From: Amoebophrya sp. A120
Taxonomy: Eukaryota; Protista; Dinoflagellata
Reading direction: 5' to 3'
Assembly: GCA_905178155.1 (NCBI GenBank)
Contig: CAJINV010000009.1
Coordinates: forward strand, 2,271,373 to 2,335,372
Length of the DNA stretch: 64,000 nt
Translations under genes and position numbers: made by a program
The notes under the pieces: model-generated
The model's input: the letters and a program-made list of their open reading frames with translations, nothing else
Database searches by the model: none
What the model was told of the DNA's origin: nothing
Shown: piece by piece, positions 11,595 to 25,043 of the stretch
Numbering within the stretch: position 1 is the first letter of the stretch
How the letters are laid out: each line of letters opens with the position of its first letter

Positions 11595-14500
11595 TTTCGG
11601 CGGTTGCTGCCACTGCGCCAGAACTTGTCGTGCTCCCGCTACCACAATCTGGAATGAGGCCTCGCTCCTCTTTCAACCTTCCCCGCAGCGCTTCTTTGTT
11701 CGTGAAAGCAAACCCCCTGTCCGACAGCAGTTTCGGCCACCGTCCCGTCCCGCAAAACACCTCAGCCGCGTTTCCCGTCGTCAGTCGGAGCAGAATACGA
11801 GGAGGAAACCATTTTGGCTTCGCGAAGATATTGTCCGCACTGCCGCTGCTAACTGACAAATTTAAAAAATCCAAATCACTCTCACTGGACACTGTCAGGG
11901 ATTTTGGTCGCTTCGGCAGTGAGTCGAGCAGGCGACTAAGCGGCAGCGTCGGGACGAAAGCGGGCTTGTGTGAATCGAGACCTACACTGCTAGAAGAGGA
12001 GCTTCTCTGCCAAAGCGTTCGCACCCCTGGAATCCCAGGAGCCATCAGCGCGCACACTACGTACCGCTTCATCGGCTGCTTAGAAGTCGTATCTCCAGAA
12101 ACCCCATCCTTCGTGCCCTCCTTTGCAGAGGCTCCGCGATCGTGCAGGTCCCTGCAGCGCGACAACACAGGCTCAGTTATTATCCGTGCGGCCACTGTAG
12201 CTCGTGCTGTGCCAGAAGTTGAAGTGCTGGAAGTCGTCATGGCTTTCTCGTCCAACGAGTCCTCCGCCGGGTCCGTCGCACCCCCCAGCTGGACGTGTAG
12301 TTCTGTTTCCTGAATGTCACGCAAAACCTCTACTGAGGATGGAGGATTCGAAACTGCGTCCAGGGCGACGAGGTCCTTTGCAGCTGAGGGGGCTGCTGAC
12401 ACATCTGGTGAAGTCGCAGAGGTCCTGTTCGTGGAGTGTTTCTTGATTTACACTGAAAGTGAGCGGTAGGAAACAAATCCCGCTGAGATTAGCAAACTTT
12501 TACTGGATCTATTTGCCCAGGCGCGTCGTACTGAAGTGCTGGCACAAACTATATACATTCCAGAGAACGAGAATAGCAGAGTAAAAGCATAAATTTAAGT
12601 ACCCAGGTCGCTTGATAAATTTCCAGTCTGCGTCCCCTTCGGAGAAGCTCCCGGAGATCCCTGTCCCTCCACTTCGTCCCTTGGAGCCGGTAAACAGTCC
12701 CAACAGCTTTCCAAATAACCCTCCCCTGTTTGTCCCAACGCCTCCGGCTCGCAATTCCGTCCGACATTTCTCCAGCTTTTCCAGAAAGACTTTCAGCCCA
12801 GAAGCCGTCGATATATCCCCTACCACCTCGACCGTACCGGTTTCGGACTCGAAGTATTCGTACTCCATCGAGGTCTTACTCTGAACTGCCTCTGCTCTTG
12901 CTGTTGCCGCTGGTAAAGAAGGAGATACCCGAAAGAGCTCCGGGCACTTCTTCAGTTCTGTCTTTGCGCAGCCGGTTGCGCCAGATAGTGTGTAACCTTC
13001 GGACAGCATTAAAGGGATGAAGTCCCTCAGCAAGTCGTTTTTGGCGCCAACATACGTTGCAGCGCCTTGGCAGTACACCTCGGTACGTAAGGAAGGCAGG
13101 CGGGGGCCCAAGAGATGCTGGCTTTCAGGACTCCGAGTCCGACTTTTCCTTGCAGCGGAAGATGTCATGGATTTCACGGTTTCAAAGTCGAACCCCTGCA
13201 TGTCTGTTTTTACCCACTTTACCGCTACCGTCTCCGGGATAGCCGCGAACAAACTTGCAATACCCAGAAGTGGCACGACTGCCAAGCTCCCCCCTTTCAT
13301 CGTTCGTTTATTCCACTCTGCGTTTTTATCCGCTGGCGCCGCCAGACTACTACTCGCGCCGAGATCGTTACGCACCTTGAAGCCCCGGAAACCCCCGCCA
13401 CTACTCGCAAAGCAACCGGGGAGGACGAAGAGACGGTCCAAACACTTCTGCCCGGTTGAAGTTGCGTCCTCTTTCGCACACGGGAACGAGAAAGAAGCTG
13501 ACAATCTCTTCTTGGCGTATGGAATGATCTCGCTGGCGACTGCGACGATTGGCTCCACCGCAATCACGGCCTCGGATCCATCCTTCGCGTCCGGCTGCGG
13601 CGGATCGATATTGCTGCCCACGTTTACTATTACCGATTTAATCTCCGGAGGGAAAACGAGTTTGCCCTCGGCGAGGGATTGTGCGGAGGCTGGGGAGGAG
13701 GCAGAAAACGCCTGTGCAGGATCCAGGTACAGAGCCGAGTCGGCGGCTGGGGCTACTTCACCAGAAATAGACATCGGAAGCGAGACCACGTATCCGGAGA
13801 AAGTGTTGGAAACCAGCCGGAAGACTGGAGCTGCCGCACTCCCAGTTGTAGCTGATGAATCTACTGCGTTACTTCTCGAGGGTGTCGCCGTCGGCGCGCC
13901 GAGTTTATTATTTGGGGCAGCGACAGCATCTGCGGGACAAATCCACTCTCGTCTGTGGTCGATTCGACTCAACGAAGGGAAAGTAGGCGGCAACACATAG
14001 TTCGTTTTTCCGGTGGAAGGCAATGCAGCGTTCCGCACGTAGAGGTCGTCGATACCAAAGAAAACCTGCAAAAATAAAGTAAAAAGCATGCTTGCTTATC
14101 CTATTCCTAATTCCACTTCGCAATACGAGTTACAAAATCAAAAACAGGGTGGAACAAAACCAACTTACTACGAACGAAGTAGTAGTAAAAAAGTGTAAAT
14201 CAGAATCATTACAAACGCTTTCGAGAACCCCCTTTCCAGGAAAAACGCGTCCACTAAATCCCTGTTCTGTTTGTTGGTCTCGATCACCACCGCTTGTACT
14301 TTCAACGCTTCCAGGTCTATACAGCGCAGCACTACGTTCTCGTACGATTCAATATCAATCGACAGCACGTCTATCTGCCGTCCTTCGAGACTCTGCCGCT
14401 TCAGCTCCTCTCGCAGTCCCACGCACCTGCGCTCGGTTTTTGCGGTGAGCGCTGCCGATCCGCTGCTGGAGGAACCACTCTGTTGCACAGTCATCACTAC

Positions 14501-16141
14501 ATCGCCCCCACTTGTGGCGACCACCTCATCTTTCGCGGAAACACAATGCGGCACCAATCTGCAGCCTCGCTTCTCCCGAATTCTGCTATGGTACCGCTGT
14601 TGCGGCTCGAAGCAAACCCCCTCCCAACCGAGGCATTTGTCGAAAAATACCGTGTTGGAAATCGTTATGGCGTCGTTCGTCCCGACGTCGACGTACAAGA
14701 ATCCTTTTCCCGTCTTTCCTGCGAAGAAGTTCCGATACAGCATCCAGTCCTGCCAAAACTGGGCGAAACCGCTTTCCGACTTTCCCTCCATTATGTTCAT
14801 GCAAAACTCCTTGTATTCGGGCTTTATTGTTACGGGGAGGAGTTTGGCAGCATTTCCCTTCTCGACCAACCACTTCGAGGGGGAAACCAAAGGCGTGGAG
14901 TAGGAAAACGTCGCGGCAGCCGCTTCGGAAGTCTTAGAAGGCAAAATCTGCGTGTCCTCAGAGAGATAGGGGGCGCCCGCCGCGAAGGCCGTTTTACTTT
15001 TACTTCCATCGATGCTCCACGACGGCGCTTTCAAACTCGTCGCCCCTTTTCGAAATTCCTCTGTGCCAACCAGCCTCTCGAAGTGCGCAATCGTTTCCAG
15101 GTTCTCGTTGTTCGGAATCGGCGCGCAGTACGGATTCTGCAGAGTCACCGATGCTTTCCCGCACAATTTCGGATCGTCTGGTCCCGGTACCGGCATCCGC
15201 CAACCGCGCTTCTTGAACAGCCGGTACGCGAAACCGAGTGTGTACACGTGCACATACCCCATGCGCTCGAACCACAAATCCATACTGCCGCGGTTCTGCT
15301 TGTCGAATCGAATCAGCACGAATTCGATCTTGGTTTTTGATAAATCGAAATTGTGGATAGCGTTTTCGTGGGAGCCGGACAGGTCAAGAAAGAGTAAGTC
15401 GATTTCACTGGCAGATGAAGTAGATGTGGAGATGACTTTGGAAATGCATTCGCTCAACATGTGATTGTTCTCCACTCGGAGCTTGGAGGGTGCGCACTCA
15501 GGAATGGACGGCGCGGAACAGGACGGGCTGGAGCTTCCATCGCCACCTGAGGTATCGGTATTGCTTGAGCCACTAGCTTCCCTTCGGTTTCCGTGCGTAT
15601 CGATAACTCGGCATGTGTCACTCCACCCGGCGCAGTCACTGAAAAACTGCAGCCTCTTCGTAGCGTTATCCACAATCTGTAGCCCAAAACGTTTTGACGA
15701 GACCGGTGGTCTATCCGAAGATTTCTTGAAGAAATTTTCGTACAGAAAAATATCGATTCCCCATGGGTGCAGACCTGTTCTTTCCGCAGTTGCTTTCTCG
15801 CATACTTCTTTTGGTGTCCCTGTGGGTTCACCTGCGCCTGCTGCTGGAGCAGGTGGAAGGACGAGTTTCGGCTCCTCGAATTCGGACCCGAGGTGCAGGA
15901 CGCCGCGGAGCAAATCATCTACGTCACTGTGGAATGTGGCTTCTTTCAGTGACGTACAGGGACATTTTTGGTTGCCTCTTCTGCTCGCTATGGTGTTTGC
16001 AATCCAACATTCCGTCTTCCGACTTCCACTTGGGTTGCAGGTCTCAAGGCGGAAGACCAAGGCGCGCCAACCGAGGAGAAGAAAGCAAAACACCGGAAGT
16101 GACGACAAGAAAGGGAAGGAAAACGCCTGAGAGACTGCCAT
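11548..16141 (-). CDS. Membrane-anchored protein with several FkbM (Methyltransf_21)-like domains; probably 3 exons
   Basis: N-terminal hydrophobic anchor; YVDVGTNDAITISNTVFFDKCLGWEGVCFEP, IDVLSIDIESYE, IVNVGSNIDP..IAVEP, WVKTDMQGFD; GT-AG junction 14066-~14213; join to the last exon is inferred. Confidence 0.7.
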
Positions 16142-16880
16142 CGTCGCACGACAACGTGGACGTCGAGCAGCAGCTCGTTATTATAGCAGTTCTTCCAGTT
16201 CGGGCATATTTCTGCTTTTCCCAAAAGCAAAGCTGCGGCTGCCTTTGGTTTGTTACAATAAACAGCCTTGCTTTAGCATTGCCATTTGCATTAGCTCCTT
16301 TTCTATATTTTTTTCTAATATTCATAAAACAGAATCTTAACCGCAAAACTACATACATAGATCGCAAGGGCAACATCAGATCGGTGAACTGTGACCGATG
16401 ATCAGAGTTCGCTGCCGTTTTTGTCCCTCCTTGATTATATATGATTCTGGGTCACGTCAGGTTCTGTAGGTGCTTTCAACTACAAGCTGTATTTGGCGGG
16501 TGGTTCTAATCGTTTTCTCCCAAGAACAGCAACGCCGTAACCGTCCATGTCACGTAAGACCCGCACGCACACAGCAACGAGTTGCTTCCTTCAACATCGT
16601 ACAGATGTAAGCTACGAAAGAGCAAACAATTGCGAGAAGAGCGAGACGTTCAAGTTGCAATCGCAAGAAGAACGAGTGGCTGTAATTCTTTTAAGCGCAG
16701 CAGCAAGAGTTTTCTCAGTCCTCGCACGACAGACGCCCACGCCAGTTTCCGACCGGCGGGGAGGGCGTCACAGAGTCCTTGCTCGAGGAGGAAGAGGAGG
16801 ACGCGGCAGCGCCCTCATTTATCATGTTTCCGAGAGACTTTTTCCTTGTAGCCATGGTATAGATGTTCTACTTCCTCGTC

Positions 16881-19800
16881 TCAGTTCTCTTTTACTTCCG
16901 GCTTACAGTCCGAGCTCGACCACGCTCCTTCGTCCACCTTCCTTTTCCGGCAGCAGGGTAGGAGCCGTGTCCCCGTCGGCGATCTCATGTTCAGCGCCAG
17001 CGACAGTCGACTGTACCCGGAATAAAAAGCCGCAAATTCGTCGCACTGGTTACAGGTAAAAAATACGCACCTCTACTTTACATCTTTATCACTCTCTTCA
17101 GGTTAACAAATTCACACAAGTGTCCGAACCTGCGCAATGCATCATCTCTCGACGCTCGCGTCCGGTATGGAGAGCGAATGTCATCCTCATCCGGTCAGAC
17201 ATAAAGATGTGCCTAAGAGTGTATTTTTTCAGGTTGTAAACTGTGTCAGAAACGCCAGATCCAACCACGCGCCTTGTTGCGCTATCAGCGAGATCCGATT
17301 TCGTTTCTTCTCGTGGTTATTCGCTGGGTCCGTGTGCTTTTTCACCGCTGTCGTTTCGGTGACGTTCAGATACTTTTGTCGAGCGGTTTTATGGAGGCGC
17401 CAGGATCGAAATCGGCGTCGAAGATTAGACAGAGCTCGCCAAAGTAACACGACAAAAGCAGTCTTCTCTCCTGCCCAGCCAGCGTCTCAGATTGGAGCTC
17501 GCTGCTGCCGAAATTGGTCAGGCACCACTTGAGGACTGGGCTCCCAGCACTGGCATCCATTATCATTTTACCCACTGCAAACTCTTTCAACTTTGTCAAT
17601 TGCGATCCTGTCTCTTCCATAGGCTTGCTCTTTCACGTATTCGTACGCGGCCGGAGAGTCGCTAAACACAAACCACTTCGGTTATGAGGCGGCCAGCTGC
17701 TAAGTGGGCAATTAGAGTCACTAAATAAGGAGCGCTGGGGCCCATAGGGCGACGAAGTACAGTGAGCACGCGCTCTGATCGGCCGGTGCAAAATCAGCTG
17801 GGGAGGCGGGTAGTTTGTTTCAGTAATTGCTAAAATAAAAGGACAAGAATTAATCGTGGCCATTTCATCATGCAAGGAGCCTTCAGGTCTACAAGAGCCA
17901 GGAGGATCACGACAGGGCCACAGCTGTCAGGGCTGCAGCGCCCGCAAATTGCGACTGTCTGACTGCTGCTTCGTGACACTCCTGCCTTCTTACCCTGCTA
18001 AATGAGACAGAGACTCCAGATTTTACTTAGCACTTCCTCACTTAGCAGGCGCTTGTCCTCCCCATATCGGTTTCTCTGCGGATGGTGCAGTCGGAGAAGA
18101 AGAGCCGGGTTTTGCAGGAGGGATTTCGGCTAGACTCGCCGCGCACCGCTCCGCCTCATCCAGCGGCTTCCGCCACGCGTTCCACTTTCGTTCAAATTCG
18201 TTCGAGTCACCCCCCGCCGCTCGTCCTCGTCCAAACCTCCTCTTCAAACTTTCCTGGAAGTCGTTCAGGCCTAACTTAAAAATGTCCTCCTCCGATTGGT
18301 AAATGCGGTTTTTGCCGAGGTTATTCGACGGCCAAAGTCTCGGATCGAGGTCCCCCCCGATTTTCCGGTCTTCCCCAATTTTCCCGGCAAATTTCTTCGC
18401 CAGAGCCGCGACTTCCTCGGCTGCGATGTGCTGGAACAAATGCAGGTTGGTGCCTAGGCGGAAATGCGAGCAAACCGTCTTACCTGGAGTGCCCCGCTGC
18501 AAGGTGGACGTCGACGACGCCGCAAACCCATACGCCTCGGCGTCTTTGTTCGCTTTCTCAACCAAAAACTCCCTTGGCCGAAAGAGAAAGTCGAATAGGC
18601 ACCGCACCAAGCATGTTCCATAGAGTTGAGAGGCAAGTTTTTCGTTCTCGAACAGGAGTAAGGAATTCGTCTGGATCTCGACCCAAGGGACGGAGGCGCG
18701 TGGATATTCCTTTTCGAAGGCGTCGAAATCGAGAAACTTGCCGATCGAGTCGACGAAGAAGGGACGGGTGGTGCGCGAAGTTGAAAACAGTCTTTCCGCG
18801 TCCACTGTCCAGTCGATGGCAGCCGGATTGAAGAATCGCTTAAACGTGTGCTGCCGGTCCCGAAGGAGAAACACCCGCCGAAGTTTGACAGCGGTGAGAA
18901 AGGCGGCGAGCCAGTATGGAGCAGGAGAGGAGCGCCCTATTGAAGATTATGATTCAAGTTCCCACCTTGAATAAAACATCTTCATCTTCACGACCACTGG
19001 GATTGTCTAATTTCAGTTGCACGCAAGACAAGAAAATGATAATTCCGAAAGCGCAACGTGACCCAGACCCGACCTGCCCTCTGTAGCTCACGATCGTCTT
19101 CAGACAAAAAGTACAGGGCGGGTAGTTCACAAGTTGTTCAATAAGGCATATAATATTCCCGCCCTTAACAGCCCCCTTGCGCGGTCGCCCAAGCCCCCAC
19201 CTCCGTATTCCGGTTCGCGCCAAACCAAGACTGGTGGCGCATCAACTTCTACTGTCTTGTCGTTTCGCGTCTCCCTCTGGCTCGCTCGGAGGTGTCGGAG
19301 TGCTGCTCCGTGCCACTGTGCATACTGGGCCAGAAATCGTCCTTCGTCCCTGCGGAAGAACTCGTCGCAGACACGGCATGTTGAAGATTTGTCCCCAAGG
19401 ACGGCGGAAGCGCTAATTTGCGATTGCCGCGGAAACGCTGCGTGCGTACGAAAAAAGGGGCAAAAGTCTTAGAATTGAACCTCCGTGTTAAGATAGAAGC
19501 AAGTTCGGACAGTTGGAAAGCTAGAGGAAAGCTAGTTCCGTTCGAGATGGAATCGACGTGGAAGCAACATCTAGCAAGGGCTTTCGCTCTTGGGCCATTG
19601 CGCGCAAGAGCTCTGGTTTGCGTCTGCCTCGTGAAAGAAAAGAACTAGCATCAACAGACCTAGCAGAAAGCGGCGGAAGGCTTCCGTCATACCCACCCCA
19701 CCGCATATTCATCAAATATCTTCGTTGATCACGATTTATTGGCTGCAACTGCATTTCAACTGTTTTCTATCCACTCCGTAGCTGTCACTCAACTGCAGTC

Positions 19801-20206
19801 TAACGCGGAGGCCCAATGCTTAAAAGTCCACTGCGTTACCGCCTCTACCTGCAGCTGTTGCGCTGGAAGATGATGGTGCTGCTTTTTGTTCATTCTCATG
19901 CAGCCGACAGTTTGGGCTCGCGGCGAGCCGGTCCCGAAACACCTTGCTGGACACGTTCCAGGGAAAAGCAGCCGGGCCGGATTTCTTGAACGACTCCAGT
20001 AACAAGAGAGCTTCAGCGCGACTATCTCCTGCTCCCGCGTTGGCGGTCGAGTGTACCGTCGTCCGATCGAAATCAAAGATAACTGTCCGCACCACGTCCG
20101 CTGCGCCTTTGCGACGTTTTTCTTGCCGCAATCGAGATACATTTTGTACGGTGTGAAAAATCCAAATTAGCCCTAATTCGCAAGCAACCAGGCGAACCGA
20201 CCACAT
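16881..20206 (-). CDS. Putative fucosyltransferase-like (GT-B; GT23/GT37-like) protein, multi-exon
   Basis: GGGLGDRARG (~19170-19200), CLFDFLFRP, CSHFRLG, AWLDLAFLTQ-CDEFAAFYSGYSRLSLAL; several junctions and the start are unresolved. Confidence 0.6.
17050..17239. mobile_element. Older, degenerate introner-like non-canonical intron with TTA...TAA ends, 190 bp
   Basis: ttacaggtaaaaaatac versus gtattttttcaggttgtaa (imperfect IR); flanks actgg/actgt; removal joins LTQ to CDEF in frame. Confidence 0.65.
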
Positions 20207-20553
20207 TTGTTTTGCTGCTTGTGCGAGGAGTTCTTATCTTGTCATCTCCTTGCACGAGGGGGCTGCTCTTCCGGATCGAGATAGATGCGCATCCTGAGCG
20301 ACGCCGCCAAATAACCATAGGCTCAGGCATGCGCATGCTCGTCTACCAAGATGAAGCTAGCAAGAGTCTCTACAGGTCGACGAGAGAGAGATGTAAACAA
20401 AAACGAAGAAATGCGGAGGGAACAACTGGCGCGAGCAAGTGCAAAAGGCTCGCCGTAAATTCTGTCAAATTCACATGCTCAGAGGTGGGCGATGCCTCGC
20501 TCTAGTAAAAAACCAAAACAGCGCTTGTGCTTGCTTCCGTCTTCTTGTTCTAT

Positions 20554-23500
20554 TCAGGGCGGCTTAACAACCTGCGCCAGCACTCCCGCAAAATTCACTT
20601 GAAGCAAGTATCGCAGCTCCTCTGCTATTCTCCAAGGACAAAGTGGGTTTCTCCGAAAATGCGTCTGTACGCGGTGGAGCAGTTCCGACCACACCGCGTA
20701 CGCCCTTGCTGTGGACCGCAGCAACACCGCAAATTCAGTGATTCTGACTTCTGACGCGCTATTTGCAGTTTGTTCCAGTACAGCAGCGTCAAAAATAAAT
20801 TTCTTTTCTTTAACTTCATCTTCTCCTCGAACTACAACTTGCGCTCCACTACTAGATCCTGGGCTCGGTGCGGAGTTCGCGTTTACCACACTTTTTTTGT
20901 TGTGAGCGTCAACGTCGTCGTGCAGCACACCAGCGCTGAGTCGTGCAATAGTTTCAGAGCTCGCCTTATTTGTTCCTGCTGATGAATGAAACCAAACTAC
21001 GACGGGTCGCCCGTCCTTCAACGCAGACGTAACGACCTGCAGCTTCGTCTTGATATCGCCGTTCTTACCTTCCATTTCATCAGTTTTCTTCAACTCGACG
21101 TCGACCACTTGCACTACCACGCGCCCATCTCCTGCTGCAGCTGTTGTTCGACTTACTTCGCCGCCTGAGGAAATTCTACTTTTTTCGCTTTCCTTAACCT
21201 TTTTCATCGGTTTCCCGTCCCAATCAAGTCTGGGTATTTTCCGCGGAAACAGGGATAGATCGAAATCTCCGCCGTGATCAGTTACTAGACTTGTCGCGTT
21301 GTTCAACGGCCACTGCATGACACCCACTCCCACGTTGGTGGACGATCCATAGTGTGTTCCCTTTTCGCGCCAGTGGGTGACCAACCCGGACTCGTCAAAC
21401 AGATCGAGGTAGAGGAAAAAGAGGTCGCGATCGGCGACAAAGTAGGAAACATGTTGCTCCCACATGTTGTAGCCGCTATCGGCCCACCACCCCGATGTCA
21501 CCAAACCGATCTTCTTCCCGTCGATTGTCGGAATGTTTGGCGGCTTCTCTAGTGTCACTTTCGGCCCACTGCCAAAAAGCAACAAGAACATTCGCACCGG
21601 CCAAAACCACCACTTCAATGGGTAGTGATTACGGTACAACAACCCGTCCCAAAAAGATTCAGTTCGGGAATGTGGAATTAAAGGCGGAAGCTCCTCGTGC
21701 ATCCAGTGCAAAAACACTTTCCACCATACAGGATGAGGCGAGAAGCCCTGCGTCCCTAGCTGGCGGTAGAGGAAGGGGAGCCCGCCCCTCGGATGCTTTC
21801 TCATCATTGCGCGGAGGGTGGTGATGGCGTCATTTGAAGGGCGTCGCTCAGCTTCAGAGTCCTGCTCGGAGTCCGCTCTTACTACGGAAGCCTCCGCTCC
21901 GCCGACGCCAACTTCTTCATCATATATCAAATCTGCATCGTCCAGTGCCACGTCGCCCTTTCGCACATCCCTCAGTACTATCAAATGTAAAAATGTCTGG
22001 GTCTGGAAACTTGTGATGCTGGGTGGCATCTCATGATGAGGCCACAAGTGCTGGCTCAGCATGACAAATTTCTGAGCTTGTAGGTGTTGCCTATTCTGCG
22101 TGACAATAAACTGCGTCTCCGCATGACAGAAAAATGCGGCTCTTGGGCAACGTGCATGACAGATTTAAGAGTCATGCCAGACAAGCATGACAAACATGCA
22201 TTCTTCCAGACCCAGACATTTTTACATTTGATAAGTACACCTCCAGTGCCATTTATTCCCACAAAGTTCGCGTTTTTCCGCACCGTTTTGTCCGTCGACA
22301 GAGGGACCATTCCCTGCTTGTTCAGGCAGATGCCAAACAGTCGGGCGAAGCCGTTTGCTGTGTCACCGTACACTTTCCACGCTTTCTTCAGCCACAGGTA
22401 AAACATCGGCGCAACCTCAAGGTCGTCCTCGAGAATTAAGACGTGCAGATTTTTGTCTCGCGGGTACCAGGCTCCGTACCAGCTGCGGGACGGTTTATCG
22501 TTCTGGCGGGCTTCGAAGTAGATCACTTTGCCCGAGCGCTAGACGCTCCGAGAGGCTCCGCGCGAGTCGGAGACCTGTTCCGGCAATGTGCGGAGAACAC
22601 AGGAATGCACGACCCCTCGCGCGAGCGAGAAGAGAGGAACCGCTGGGAACCGTCAAGGCGACGCTCCAGGAATTGACACCTAGAAGAAAAGACGGATAGC
22701 TGACGAAAGACAGCCACGCTGGCTTGAGCAGATGAACACCTTACCCCTTGGAGACGTCCGCCAGGGAGCTGTGGGTGGGATTTTTTTGAGAATATGAGGA
22801 TGAAGACGCTCCAGGACTGGAACCAGTGCTCGCGACTAAATATCGCTAGACAGCACCGTCGCGCTTTATGCGGTATGCGCGGCCCACCACGGACGAAAGC
22901 TTACTAGATCATAACGACACCAACGACGAGGCCGAAACCGAATCAGAGCGCTTCAATTCCTGGAACTCTAAACTGGCGCTACCAAACTACTTCGTACTTC
23001 TCAGAGCATAAAACCCACGCTGGGCGTAGTTCGGAACGACGCGCTTGGCAGACGTCGGACTCGGGGGCGACGGAGAAGATGTAGGGCTCGAGGTTGCAGC
23101 AGCTGCTGTCGCGGCTCTGCTCGTCGATCTGCTGGGTGGCCACGTCCATTTGTGAAAGACCTCAAGGATTTTCTCGTTCGGCTCTTCTCCCTCGCAGTGT
23201 AAAACCACGTCCACTCGGTCGGCCTTCGCATAAACCGCACGCGACAAACTGTGCAACAAACGCTGCAGTGGTTTCGCCCGGTTGTACGCGAGAATGTGGA
23301 CCTCAAAATCCGGCGGAAACTGTTTTTCTTGGTTCACGACCGTCTCGCGCAACCGAAACCGGTCTGGCTCTTCCACAAGAACGCTGCCGATGCTGGCGTC
23401 GCCGTCCTCGATGCGCCGCGCCGTCGTTCGGCCGGCGCCCTTGTGCGCAGCGTTGTCCCCCAATGCACTGATGTAAACGTTCTTCGTGGAACTTAAAGGG

Positions 23501-24102
23501 GAAGTGCTGGGAGATGATTCGGATGTCGTTGAAGACGCCATTATCGGTGAAGGCCCCTTCTTGTAGTTGTACCACTGCAGATGCGTCTGTAGGAACTCGG
23601 CATTTCGACGCACTAAGGCACCGTCGAGGTTGTTGAAGATAACGTCAACAGCAACGTAGTATGAGGGGGGGGCTTTTCGAGTTTCGCTTTAGACGAGGAA
23701 GCGTTCCTCTTTCAACTTCGACCAAGTCACTCTATGCATAGATCAGTAGAAGTTCTGCAATTATGCGCCATCGGATTTATACGAGTGCAATACTCTTGCA
23801 CAGGATAGCATCAGCCTAAGAAAGTAGGCCTAGCAAAAGACTGCAAACTTCGACCTTCTAGCAGATGAAGACCAGGTAGATCTAACGAAGAGGAAGGGCA
23901 CACGACTAGGTCAGTCTAGGTCCAATTGCCGGAGCCCCCATGAACAAAACTCGATCAGTCCGACATCCCGGCATATGTGCGAGCGGATCACCAGGAGTTC
24001 CAGCAGGACGAGGGAAGCAAAACCCGCCAGTGCCGCAGTTCGTTTCGTGCACACAGGCAACACTTTCCGTAAAACTCTGAGAAATGGAATAAAGCGCCGC
24101 AT
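20554..24102 (-). CDS. GT-A fold (GT2-like) glycosyltransferase, multi-exon
   Basis: ILAYNRAKPLQRLLHSLSRAVY, SWYGAWYP, LILEDDLEVAPMFYLWLKKA, FLYRQLGTQGFSPHPVWWKVF, HWREKGTHY; ORF 23911..24102 is a probable signal-anchor exon (inferred). Confidence 0.7.
21979..22233. mobile_element. Introner family A, 255 bp
   Basis: 30-bp TIR TATCAAATGTAAAAATGTCTGGGTCTGGAA; AGTAC duplicated at 21974-21978 and 22234-22238; removal gives GTGGVL-RDVRK. Confidence 0.95.
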
Positions 24103-24239
24103 CTTATTTTCACAGAGTCTGCCTCGTCACATATAGGCACCTATTTGGCGGCACGCCGCGGGTAAATGCAACTCGCGCGGAAACCCGGCTTGGGGTCGAC
24201 TTTTCCTTGGAAAAAACCGAAGTAGTGGAAGACGATGTG

Positions 24240-24558
24240 TCAATGTTGCGTGTACAAAATGACCGGTTGAAGACGCGGAGGCACGGGCCCACGACCAGCT
24301 TTTGATTTGTGATTTTGTCTCTGGATGTTCTTAGCGCAAGCTCTTTAACGTGCTTGTGCGAGTGCATCCTCTAGATGGACGGTGGGACACCGCTGATCAG
24401 TGTGGAGCAAGAATGGAAGTGGATGAACACTTCCGTCGCCCAGTCAATGTCGCACTTTTTTGGCCTCGGAAGGTTGCTGCCTTCCTGATTTCTATTCATC
24501 AATTAACAGAATTTTTGAGGCGTTCGGGAGAGCCCCATCCACATCAATTGCATTTTAA
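24240..24558. repeat. Dispersed intergenic repeat, copy 2
   Basis: Homologous to 8828-9165 in the same orientation. Confidence 0.85.
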
Positions 24559-25043
24559 TTTTTTTCTTTCGAGCTTTTTCTTCAGCCCGACGGAGCGGGA
24601 CCCTTGCGGGCGAATTCGCCTATAGTACCCGGCGACAGAGAGTGCGGCTCCCGGGTACCCCAGAAACAGGACACCTGCTGTCAGTGCGTGCTCTCGTTTG
24701 ACTTGACAACTTGTTTTTGAGTAATACTTGCAATTAAATCACAAATGATCAATCACTGAGAGGGAGTTGGTCTCGTGAGCACTGTGTACTCGTTGACATT
24801 GTTATTCGAATTCGTTGCGTTGAAATAGACTACTTGGTCGTTGCAAAGTTGAATGAATTTTACACGAAGAAAGTGATAAAAATTCGTAAATAGGCACGGG
24901 AGCATAAACGCAAAAGTCAAAATTGTGTTACGAAAAAATCGTGCACAGATACAGTCGAATTATACATCAGGTATATGAAAAAATCTTTGAGCAGAGCAAG
25001 AACTTCAACTTCGAACCGTGCGATAGAAAAAGAAAAACCGTAA

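Noticed and set aside
13017-15340. Long plus-strand ORFs (327 and 348 aa), and similar ones at 41587 and 44759
   Set aside because: Antisense shadows of minus-strand genes
18915-19170. Junction GDRARG to (W)LAAFL as another introner
   Set aside because: Probably non-canonical, but only a weak IR and no clean 5-bp TSD, so borders could not be fixed
24608-24626. gggcgaattcgcctatagt resembles an EcoRI/T7 vector junction
   Set aside because: One base short and not followed by GAGTCGTATTA; no other vector sequence
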